In this document: in pieces, positions 1 to 7,614 of the stretch
How the letters are laid out: every line of letters begins with the position of its first letter
Position numbering within the stretch: the first letter of the stretch is position 1
Assembly: GCA_964606745.1 (NCBI GenBank)
Contig: CAZSHJ010000001.1
Location: 18,091-82,090, forward strand
Reading direction: 5' to 3'
Length of the DNA stretch: 64,000 nucleotides
Origin: an uncultured Thermoplasmatales archaeon
GTDB taxonomy: Archaea; Thermoplasmatota; E2; UBA202; DSCA01
The notes under the pieces: model-generated
The model's database searches: none
What the model was told of the DNA's origin: nothing
What the model saw: only the letters and a program-made list of their open reading frames with translations
Made by a program: the position numbers and the translations under genes

Positions 1-284
1 TTTTAATAACAGAAGGTCCGTATAGCATAGTTAGACATCCAACACATCTTAGTGCTCTCGTTTGGGTTATTGCAATAGTGTTTTTTATTAGTCCATGGGT
101 TTCATTTTCACTTCTTTCAATTCTGGGTATTCTAATGATTATTTTGGCATTCTACCTAATGGAAATACAGGAAGAAAAGTTTGACCAGGTAAAATTCGGA
201 GATGAATACAGGCAGTATATGAAAGAGGTTCCTAGATGGAATTTCATAAAGGGATTGTGGAATTTGAGGAAAAAGAGGCGATAA
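1..284 (+). CDS. Isoprenylcysteine carboxylmethyltransferase (ICMT/PEMT) family membrane protein, 5'-truncated by window edge
   Basis: Frame from nt 3 reads LITEGPYSIVRHP; C-terminal EE...FGDEYRQYMKEVPRW is typical of the family. Confidence 0.85.
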   Translation, partial: LITEGPYSIVRHPTHLSALVWVIAIVFFISPWVSFSLLSILGILMIILAFYLMEIQEEKFDQVKFGDEYRQYMKEVPRWNFIKGLWNLRKKRR

Positions 285-285
285 G

Positions 286-522
286 ATGGAAGATAGAAAA
301 AGAAAACCCACAGGACTTGGGTATGTTATAAGTATAGGTGGCATGTTGCTGGCAGTGTTTTCCTATTTTTTTCTTGGAATAGGCAATTACTTTGCAGATC
401 TCCGTGGTACATTTGGGCTAAGTGAAACGATCTGGACTTTTATTGGTGGCATGATTTGGATTTTCATCATCATGGCAATTTTGACACCTATTATGCTTAA
501 AGTAGGTATAAAAACGGAATGA
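286..522 (+). CDS. Small hypothetical membrane protein (2 TM)
   Basis: ATG 1 nt after previous stop; two hydrophobic stretches. Confidence 0.6.
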   Translation: MEDRKRKPTGLGYVISIGGMLLAVFSYFFLGIGNYFADLRGTFGLSETIWTFIGGMIWIFIIMAILTPIMLKVGIKTE

Positions 523-706
523 AAATCAACTAGGAAAAAAGAGGTAAAGAAAATGGGCATTATTCGTAGAGAAATAAGAGAGACAACAGCATCAATTAGC
601 AAGGAGAGAACAGAAGCAAAACAAAAGTTTTAATGAAGGAACGTGTTACAATGTTAAAGAGGTGATGCGAAGAAATGAGTGAAGAAAATATCTATAAAAA
701 GTTCGG

Positions 707-797
707 ATATAACACCAAAATGGAAGGATATGCGAAGTACTTCGTATATAAGCAAGTCATCCGAAATCGTGGACTTCAGGCTTATTGGTTGTTATAC
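707..797 (+). other. attC-like imperfect palindrome (possible integron cassette recombination site)
   Basis: TATAACACCAA (708-718) vs TTGGTTGTTATA (785-796); ends ...TAAC / GTTA...; inner hairpin ATATGCGAAGT-ACTTCGTATAT (728-749). Confidence 0.4.
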
Positions 798-822
798 AGC
801 AATCAACTGGTTCTGTCGCAAA

Positions 823-2001
823 TTAGGGTGATAGAGTATGGGTGTCGCATTCGGGGGTTATCGCCATACTCAACAATCCATACATTCTATTCTTTCCTAA
901 TCCAAGATTAATTCCCGCTTGCTCTGCGGGTGTTCTTCCGATAACACTATGCTCACGAATGAAGTTATAGTAAGTCCTCATGTTATCGTTCATTTGCTTT
1001 CCTGTGCTGTCATTCTCAAGACCACGCATAACTTTATCTCTTTCCCTGTAAGTTCCGTGATAGCGTTCAAGAACGTTGTTATTTATCCTGTCTCTTATTC
1101 CAACACCACCAATATGAGTAACGCTATCTCCAAATTCATTTCTTATGGCAGAGTGGTATGCAGGCATTCCATCGGTGATAATCACTTCTGGATTTGCGTT
1201 CTGTATATTCTTCTTTGCCTTCTTCATTACCATTTCCGTTTCGAGAATACTTCTCTGTTTCGTAATTGTATTGGCGATAAGGAAGCGTGTATTCTCATCG
1301 AGAATGTTCCATGAGTAAAACCACTCACCGTTTGCCTTAATCTTTTGCTCATCAATGTGCCATATATCCCCGACATTAGGTTCTAACTTGTCGGTATGCT
1401 CTCTTATCTTTCCCATGAAGGTATTAATCCACCTTCTTATTGTTTCATGATGGAGTTTTATTTCATAGAACTGATAGATTGTATCTGCAATCTTTCTTGT
1501 AGATAATCCCTTAAAATACAAATCCATTGTAAGAGCGATAAGTTTTGCGTTTACCTTGTATCCTTTCACTTTATCAACAGTAAAACGGTGTCCGCAATCC
1601 TTACATTTATATCTCTGTATTTCCCTATGATCATTCTTTCTAACGCCATCTTTCACAACTTCCAAACTGCCACATGCCTCACATTTGATGACATTTTCCA
1701 TCTGCTCTTTTAAATCAAGTGTGTCCTCATTCATTATTGTATTTCTAAGATTAACCCACATCTCAACCGCCTGAATGTGCTTGTATTTCACATGGCGTTT
1801 TTGGAAATCTGGACAATTACAAGTCCATTCCTGTTTATGTGTTATTTTGTATTTCCTATCTGGATTGCTCTGTGAGGGTAAAATAAAGGTTTCCTCATTC
1901 ACCTTTTTGGGTGTATCTCCTTTTGAGAGGATTGCATACGCCCTTATCTTTCGGATATTTTCCATTTCCCTGATATTCATTTTTTCTTGCATTTTAATCA
2001 C
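823..2001 (-). CDS. IS6-family DDE transposase with N-terminal SWIM-type and C4 zinc fingers
   Basis: CNCPDF...YKH; CEAC...CKDC; HTH YFKGLSTRKI...HETIRRW; DDE motifs WHIDE, ITDG, NNVLERYH. Confidence 0.93.
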   Translation of the reverse strand: MIKMQEKMNIREMENIRKIRAYAILSKGDTPKKVNEETFILPSQSNPDRKYKITHKQEWTCNCPDFQKRHVKYKHIQAVEMWVNLRNTIMNEDTLDLKEQMENVIKCEACGSLEVVKDGVRKNDHREIQRYKCKDCGHRFTVDKVKGYKVNAKLIALTMDLYFKGLSTRKIADTIYQFYEIKLHHETIRRWINTFMGKIREHTDKLEPNVGDIWHIDEQKIKANGEWFYSWNILDENTRFLIANTITKQRSILETEMVMKKAKKNIQNANPEVIITDGMPAYHSAIRNEFGDSVTHIGGVGIRDRINNNVLERYHGTYRERDKVMRGLENDSTGKQMNDNMRTYYNFIREHSVIGRTPAEQAGINLGLGKNRMYGLLSMAITPECDTHTLSP

Positions 2002-2023
2002 CTTTTACTTATTTGGTATATAT

Positions 2024-2062
2024 TAATAGTAATGTAATAATAGTATTTAAATGTTACTATTA
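2024..2062. promoter_or_regulatory. Inverted repeat in divergent promoter region between transposase and Zn-finger gene
   Basis: TAATAGTAA (2024-2032) / TTACTATTA (2054-2062) flanking TTTAAA. Confidence 0.35.
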
Positions 2063-2120
2063 GTATTATAAAATTTCAATATTAGTTAATTTTATATACC
2101 GGTATTGTATTACCTTTATT

Positions 2121-2285
2121 ATGCCAGAAGTAGAAGTATCTGCGTATAAGTGCAGTAGATGTGGGCATATATGGATGCCAAGAGATATATCATGGAGAGA
2201 AGAAGGAGTGAAACCGGCGGTATGTCCCAAATGTAAAAGCCCATATTGGGATAGACCAAAGAAAAAGGAGCGAAAAAATGAATGA
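2121..2285 (+). CDS. 54-aa C4 zinc-ribbon microprotein (below ORF track cutoff)
   Basis: MPEVEVSAYKCSRCGHIWMPR...PAVCPKCKSPYWDRPKKKERKNE; overlaps next start. Confidence 0.8.
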   Translation: MPEVEVSAYKCSRCGHIWMPRDISWREEGVKPAVCPKCKSPYWDRPKKKERKNE

Positions 2286-2754
2286 TAATATTAGTGTTGA
2301 TAAAAATACAAAGAAGTTTGAAATTTTTTGGAAACGATTTTCAGATGAATATCCAATAGCATATGACTCCGTCATCAATCACTACAAAAAAATATCAAGT
2401 GCTTGGAAAAAAATTAGCCCTTTTTATGGAAAAAGTATGTCTGGCACTTTCAGTATCGATGAAGATGGAGAACTGACTGGTAATATGCCCTTTTGGATTT
2501 CTATAGGATTAATATCAGAAGATATTATCCAATTTATAACAGAACATACATTAAATGAAAATGAGTTGAATGCTTTTAAGAAAAAGATAGTGAAAGAAGC
2601 TAAAAAAGTTGCAACGAAAACAGCGGAAGAAATATCATCGCATCTTATGTTTGAGCCAGAGATAAACCCGATTGAGTGTAGAGAATGTGGTCATTTGAAT
2701 CCTTATGACTCGATTTATTGTAACAAATGTGGTAAAAGGTTGAATAATAGATAA
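2278..2754 (+). CDS. Hypothetical passenger protein with C-terminal zinc ribbon
   Basis: CRECGHLNPYDSIYCNKCG. Confidence 0.75.
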   Translation: MNDNISVDKNTKKFEIFWKRFSDEYPIAYDSVINHYKKISSAWKKISPFYGKSMSGTFSIDEDGELTGNMPFWISIGLISEDIIQFITEHTLNENELNAFKKKIVKEAKKVATKTAEEISSHLMFEPEINPIECRECGHLNPYDSIYCNKCGKRLNNR

Positions 2755-2755
2755 T

Positions 2756-3001
2756 ATGGTAAAGGATTTATGTGTCAAAGTTAGAAAATATTGTAATAGG
2801 TGTAAAAGGTATAATTATCCAAAAGCAAGATATTGTAATTATTGTGGGGAACTAATAACTGATGAAAAATTATATTATATTGGGTATTTTATCACCCGAA
2901 TGAGACAGTCAGATGACAACACCCGCAAAGGCGACAGAACCAGAATTTTGGTACTGTTGGGTTCACGGGACATAAATACCCCCTGTTGGTTTGGCGGGTG
3001 A
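2756..3001 (+). CDS. Small zinc-ribbon passenger protein; frame reads out through the right IR
   Basis: CNRCKRYNYPKARYCNYCG; ATG 1 nt after previous stop. Confidence 0.55.
   Translation: MVKDLCVKVRKYCNRCKRYNYPKARYCNYCGELITDEKLYYIGYFITRMRQSDDNTRKGDRTRILVLLGSRDINTPCWFGG
2942..2949 (+). repeat. 8-bp target site duplication AGAATTTT (left copy)
   Basis: Lies exactly between IR of element 1 and IR of element 2; identical to 5169-5176. Confidence 0.9.
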
Positions 3002-4141
3002 TATGGATTGTTTTATCAATCCAACCCATCTGTTCTTTCCGAGTTCTAAATCAATGTCTGCCATCTCTGCGGGTGTCTTTCCAAGTGTCTGATGTGTCCT
3101 TATGAAGTTATAATAGGTTCGGTAGTTCTCAAGCATCTGTTCTGCGGTGTTATCATTGCACAATCCACGCATTACTTTATCCCGTTCTCTGTAAGTTCCG
3201 TGAAATCTCTCAAGTTTGTTGTTGTTTATTGCATCCCTTATTCCTGCATTGTGTATGTGTATTGCTTCTGGAAATTCACTCCTCACTACACCCTTGTAGG
3301 AAGGCATACCATCGGTTATAATCATTCTTGGCTTTCCTTTCACATTTCCCTTTGCCTTGTGAAATACTTTCTCCGTTTCAAGGATGCTTCTTTGCTTCGT
3401 TGTCGTGTTGGCAATCAGAAATCGGGTTTTTTCATCGAGTATATTCCATGAGTAAACCCAGTCTCCCTCAGATTTTACCTTCTGTTCATCAATACCCCAG
3501 ACTTCGCCTAAATCAGGATTGTATTTTCTGACATAGGCGTTTATTTTATTCATAAATGTGTTAATCCAATCCCTTACTGTTGTATGGTCTATTTTTAGAT
3601 TGTAAAACTGCTCTATGGTATCGGAGATTTTGCGAAGCGAGAGACCTTTGAAGTACAAATCCATACACAACGCTATGAGTTTGGTGTTTCCCTTCCTGAA
3701 TTTTATTAAGTTCGTGGTAAAGCGGTGTCCGCAATCTTGGCATCTATACCTCTGTCTTAATCCCTGTTTTGTATTTCTCTGACCGTTCTTTACAATGCCA
3801 TAAGAACCGCATTCATCACATTGTGGATGGCTTATCTCTGCTTTCAGGGTGAGTATGTCATCCTCTGCCTTATCATCGAATTTCTGCCACATCTGCACGC
3901 TCTGGATATGTTTGCACATCAATCCAGTTTCCCTGTGGTCTGGACAATCACAATGCCATTTTTTATTCTCTTTCCATACCGTATATGTTTTTTCTGGATT
4001 GCTTTGAGATGGTATTACAAAAACATTGGTCTTACCGTCTACTTTCTTTGGCATCGTTCCCTTCGCTATGATTGCGAAGGCACGCATTTTTCTTATTCTT
4101 TCGAGTTTTATTTTATCCTTTCCGTTCACCTTATTCACCAT
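2963..4141 (-). CDS. IS6-family DDE transposase with SWIM and C4 zinc fingers (true start 4141; ORF track over-extended)
   Basis: MVNKVNGKDK start aligns with paralog; CDCPDH...CKH; WGIDE, ITDG, NNKLERFH. Confidence 0.93.
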   Translation of the reverse strand: MVNKVNGKDKIKLERIRKMRAFAIIAKGTMPKKVDGKTNVFVIPSQSNPEKTYTVWKENKKWHCDCPDHRETGLMCKHIQSVQMWQKFDDKAEDDILTLKAEISHPQCDECGSYGIVKNGQRNTKQGLRQRYRCQDCGHRFTTNLIKFRKGNTKLIALCMDLYFKGLSLRKISDTIEQFYNLKIDHTTVRDWINTFMNKINAYVRKYNPDLGEVWGIDEQKVKSEGDWVYSWNILDEKTRFLIANTTTKQRSILETEKVFHKAKGNVKGKPRMIITDGMPSYKGVVRSEFPEAIHIHNAGIRDAINNNKLERFHGTYRERDKVMRGLCNDNTAEQMLENYRTYYNFIRTHQTLGKTPAEMADIDLELGKNRWVGLIKQSISPAKPTGGIYVP

Positions 4142-4223
4142 ATAGTAAACGGAAAACAGTATATAAATCTTTCCCTCTTTTATGTGCCTAAAAGTATATA
4201 TACTCTCTTTGCATTTAGGATAT

Positions 4224-4388
4224 ATGAAATTGCAAAAACAGAAAGGAAGGGAATACAAGGGTAAGGTGTATGCCAAATATTTTGTGACCATTCCGAAGAA
4301 AGACTTTGAAAGGTTGGGATGGTCGGAGGGAATAGAATTGAAAAGCATCGTGGCAGATGGAATGTATATATTGAGACCTAAAGAGTGA
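4224..4388 (+). CDS. AbrB/MazE/SpoVT-like small DNA-binding protein
   Basis: KYFVTIPKKDFERLGWSEGIELK swapped-hairpin signature; divergent from transposase. Confidence 0.8.
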   Translation: MKLQKQKGREYKGKVYAKYFVTIPKKDFERLGWSEGIELKSIVADGMYILRPKE

Positions 4389-4502
4389 GAAGGAAGGGCA
4401 TCCCCATCTGGGGGTGTATCGAAATGACAAAAATCGACACCAGATAGGGACACCCATAATGGTTTTAAAGCGATATATGATGTATAGGGTGGGTGTATTG
4501 AA

Positions 4503-4724
4503 ATGAATGGAACGGGTATCAATCTGAATTTCAGAGGAGCATTTACATCAACAATGTTAGGAGGGGGTATTGCTCTTTGGATTGCTGGTGCAATGGTATC
4601 TAAAGATTTACCAAAAGTGGGGGATAATGCAATACGTGGTGGATTGATTCTTGTGGTGATTTCTATCTTATGGTATTTTTTTGGTAAAATTATAATAATT
4701 ATTGATGAACATTTTAAAGAATAG
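4503..4724 (+). CDS. Small 2-TM passenger protein
   Basis: Two hydrophobic segments; GGGTGGGTG upstream. Confidence 0.55.
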   Translation: MNGTGINLNFRGAFTSTMLGGGIALWIAGAMVSKDLPKVGDNAIRGGLILVVISILWYFFGKIIIIIDEHFKE

Positions 4725-4937
4725 TTAATCATGATTATTTTTTCTCCTTTTCATAATAATTTTTATTTGTAAGTATGTAATTATTAATGTAGCAATAAAA
4801 AAAATCGAGATTATGATGTAAGGAAATAACTCAACAATTGTCATGTCCACTAAAATAAAGATGGCAATGATTATTTTTTCTAGAATAACACCACATATAA
4901 ATCCAGCAATCCAAGTATTCCATTTCACACCTACCAC
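4725..4937 (-). CDS. Small 2-TM passenger protein
   Basis: Two hydrophobic segments and basic tail; convergent with previous ORF. Confidence 0.55.
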   Translation of the reverse strand: MVGVKWNTWIAGFICGVILEKIIIAIFILVDMTIVELFPYIIISIFFIATLIITYLQIKIIMKRRKNNHD

Positions 4938-5074
4938 CTCCCTGTGGTAGATGTATGAAGTGAAAGTAGATTCTCCTTTGAAGGTGTTGTTCCTTCAAAA
5001 GGAGCGGGTATCCCCCAACAGAAAGGTTTCATTCCTTTCTTACCAAATGGTGAATAAGGCCGGGAGAGACCCGC
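4931..5074. ncRNA. Candidate structured RNA within element 2
   Basis: Hairpins 4931-4950 and 4973-5004; closing stem 5004-5016/5062-5074 enclosing hairpin 5020-5040. Confidence 0.35.
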
Positions 5075-5168
5075 ATTTAAACAACCGTCTGAATTATTTA
5101 AGGGTTTATCACCCGCATCCAACAGATGATTTTTTTGTGGGGAAATCACCTGAGTTCCCAACAGAACC

Positions 5169-5176
5169 AGAATTTT
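5169..5176 (+). repeat. 8-bp target site duplication AGAATTTT (right copy)
   Basis: Immediately follows right IR of element 2. Confidence 0.9.
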
Positions 5177-5231
5177 CATCAAAAAGTATATGTATCATAC
5201 TTCCGTTTATTAGATGAGAGGAGGCAATAAA

Positions 5232-6641
5232 ATGAAAAATAATTTATTGAAGATAGGGGTATATGTGTTGGTGGTGCTGTGTTTTACTTTACCGATATCG
5301 GCAGACAAAAATCTCTCTCAAAGCGAAAAGATAAAAGAAATGATGAGTAGTGAATCACTGATGGTTCCGGATCTTGTATATTATCCGACATCTCATGATT
5401 TTGGGTATGTTCTTGAAGAGGACACATATCAAACAACATTTGAGATATGGAATGGAGGAACTGGAACATTAACATGGAATCTTGGAATTGTGCACACATG
5501 GATTTCCCCGTTTCCTACATCTGGATCATCGACCGGAGAACATGATACTGTAACGGTCACAATTGATACAACGGGATTAACCCCTGGTAGCTACTCTGGG
5601 TTTGTTAGTATATCAGCTAATGATGGTGGTGGTGTACGGTATTTTAACGTCTATTGCGAAGTCAACTCGAGGCAAAATGTCCCAAGTACACCATCCGGAC
5701 CTGCAGCGGGAACAGCAGGAGTACCATATGAATATCGCACAACAGCTATTGACTCAGACGGCGACGAGGTCCAAGTTAGATTTGACTGGGATGGTTCATA
5801 CTCCAGCTGGTCGCCTCTTGCATCCTCTGGAACGACATTCATAACTAATCACGCATGGTCCACACCTGGCACATATCATGTAAAGGCACAAGCAAAAGAC
5901 GAGCATGGGGCATCAAGCCGCTGGTCATCTGCGCTCATCGTCACTATTATAGGTTCCAATAGTCCGCCATCCACCCCGAATACACCATCTGGTCCCATTT
6001 CTGGACTTCCTGGTACATCTTATTCGTATTCTACTTCTGCAATTGACCCAGAGGGTGATCAAATAAAATATTACTTCGACTGGTGTGACGGATTTGGAAA
6101 CTGGACGAACTTAGTTGCATCAGGGGGCACTGCTTCAGCTTCTCATTCTTGGGCTGCTGAAGGAACATATAATGTAAAAGTAAAGGCTCAAGACGAAAAC
6201 GGAGCTGAAAGCGGATGGTCAACAACCATTGTTGTCACAATATCAGCAAATACAGCACCAAATAAACCCAACACTCCCTCTGGACCTACGATTGGAAAAG
6301 CAGGAAATTTCTACACCTATTCAACTTCAACAAATGACCCCGAAGGAGATCAAATACATTTTCTGTTTGATTGGGGCGATGGAACGAATAGCAGCTGGGT
6401 CGGTCCATTTAACTCTGGAGATATTGGGACGGCTTCCCATGTCTGGACCGCGAAGGGCTCGTTTGCCATTAGGGTCAAAGCGAAAGATACAAGCGGGACA
6501 GAAAGTGTATGGTCGGACCCGCTGCCTGTCAGTATGCCGAAAACCTATGAAAACCCATTCCAGCAATTCTTGGAGAAACTCAATGAATGGTTTATGCAGG
6601 CATTTGGGAGAGAGAGATTGCCGTGGACATTCAACCTATAA
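5232..6641 (+). CDS. Secreted protein with Ig/BACON-like domain and three PKD domains
   Basis: Signal peptide; three DPEGD..Y.FDWGDG...H.W...G.Y.VKVKA.D repeats; GAGGAGG RBS; conserved C-terminal tail. Confidence 0.85.
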   Translation: MKNNLLKIGVYVLVVLCFTLPISADKNLSQSEKIKEMMSSESLMVPDLVYYPTSHDFGYVLEEDTYQTTFEIWNGGTGTLTWNLGIVHTWISPFPTSGSSTGEHDTVTVTIDTTGLTPGSYSGFVSISANDGGGVRYFNVYCEVNSRQNVPSTPSGPAAGTAGVPYEYRTTAIDSDGDEVQVRFDWDGSYSSWSPLASSGTTFITNHAWSTPGTYHVKAQAKDEHGASSRWSSALIVTIIGSNSPPSTPNTPSGPISGLPGTSYSYSTSAIDPEGDQIKYYFDWCDGFGNWTNLVASGGTASASHSWAAEGTYNVKVKAQDENGAESGWSTTIVVTISANTAPNKPNTPSGPTIGKAGNFYTYSTSTNDPEGDQIHFLFDWGDGTNSSWVGPFNSGDIGTASHVWTAKGSFAIRVKAKDTSGTESVWSDPLPVSMPKTYENPFQQFLEKLNEWFMQAFGRERLPWTFNL

Positions 6642-6644
6642 AAT

Positions 6645-6666
6645 ATCATGCCAGAAAAGGTCATCT
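6645..6666 (+). repeat. 22-bp imperfect direct repeat (copy 1), equal to the 5' end of the Zn-finger microprotein gene
   Basis: ATCATGCCAGAAAAGGTCATCT vs ATCATGGCGGAAAAGGTCATCT at 7612-7633 (20/22). Confidence 0.75.
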
Positions 6667-6762
6667 ATAAAACATTAAGCCAATCATCAGCAAAAGCAAC
6701 ACTGAATTAACAAGTGCAATAATTATTACTCCAGTTATCATTATACGGATTCTTTAATTTTA

Positions 6763-7185
6763 TTACTTGTAAGGAACCATAGTGAATTTTGTGCTACTTG
6801 CACTTATAGTAATATCATAATCCTCAAACACAGGATATATCCCGACCAATACGGGCATATCCCTGTCTATTACACACGCCTCAATATCTGTGTATTCTAC
6901 TTCCCTACCACCATGCCCTATAAGAAAATGGATTTTTGTGGAGAATGCGTCCACCTGTCCGCCGGCAGTATGAATTTTATTTTTCCTCGGGGTCAATGAT
7001 TGTCCCAAATAATCTGCTAATTTCTTTGGTACAGATATCTCATCAGCACCAGAATCGAGAATAGCATAAAATGGTGGTGTCTCTTTACCATTTTTCCCAA
7101 TGAATCTGATCGGAATATCTGGTGTTTTAGAATTGCTTTGATACTTGAATGTGAATCTTAACAACTTAGAAGCAGCATGGGGCAT
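6763..7185 (-). CDS. Retropepsin-like (clan AA) aspartic protease
   Basis: AILDSGAD catalytic motif and VLVG C-terminal motif. Confidence 0.85.
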   Translation of the reverse strand: MPHAASKLLRFTFKYQSNSKTPDIPIRFIGKNGKETPPFYAILDSGADEISVPKKLADYLGQSLTPRKNKIHTAGGQVDAFSTKIHFLIGHGGREVEYTDIEACVIDRDMPVLVGIYPVFEDYDITISASSTKFTMVPYK

Positions 7186-7186
7186 T

Positions 7187-7354
7187 TTAGAAGAAACAGG
7201 TACCTTGTGCCATCTTTTTGTCTATAACTACATCTCCCTTGGGATATTTGCCTCCTTTTTCTATCACCTTTATCATATCATCGTTATAGTATATGACTTC
7301 GTGTTTTTTGTTAAGTAGCACCCATTTCCCTTCATACTTGTCATTGTTAGACAC
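7187..7354 (-). CDS. 55-aa DUF5678-like protein (below ORF track cutoff)
   Basis: GTG start after AAGGTGA RBS; MSNNDKYEGKWVLLNKKHEVI...; stop 1 nt before protease ATG. Confidence 0.7.
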   Translation of the reverse strand: MSNNDKYEGKWVLLNKKHEVIYYNDDMIKVIEKGGKYPKGDVVIDKKMAQGTCFF

Positions 7355-7614
7355 AATATCACCTTACCTTCAATATACATCTTGTTTAATATAAACTTTT
7401 TTGTTAAAATTAAGGTGGTGGTACAGATACGAATCAGGCAAGTGTTCCAACGATTGTATCCTTCTGCTCTCAATAATTTAATTCACAAAATTGCCTTCCA
7501 TGTAAATATGCCATTCCATTAAGAGTTTATTTATATTCGCTTTGAAATAAAAATATCAAAATCACCAACAACTTCCCACAACCTTTTTCAACTCCCTCCC
7601 ATTAAAATTACATC

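Larger units (their letters stand above)
809..2941 (-). mobile_element. IS6-family transposon with passenger genes (element 1, 2133 bp)
   Basis: Terminal IRs GGTTCTGTCGC-N6-GGGTG at 809-830 and 2920-2941 (IS6-type GGTTCTGT start); encloses DDE transposase plus divergent small ORFs. Confidence 0.9.
2950..5168 (-). mobile_element. IS6-family transposon with passenger genes (element 2, 2219 bp)
   Basis: IRs GGTACTGTTGGG (2950) and revcomp GGTTCTGTTGGG (ending 5168); perfect 8-bp flanking direct repeat. Confidence 0.93.

Noticed and set aside
675..911. 78-aa ORF MSEENIYKKFGYN...
   Set aside because: Runs through the attC-like hairpin and the transposon IR; probably not a real protein in this form
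4142..4732. N-terminal 196 aa of the 589-aa ORF
   Set aside because: Antisense to the AbrB-like and membrane genes; alignment with the paralog places the start at 4141
809..5168. Composite transposon or IS26-type cointegrate formed by two copies of one IS
   Set aside because: The elements have different IRs and diverged transposases, nothing lies between them but 8 bp, and the outer flanks do not match
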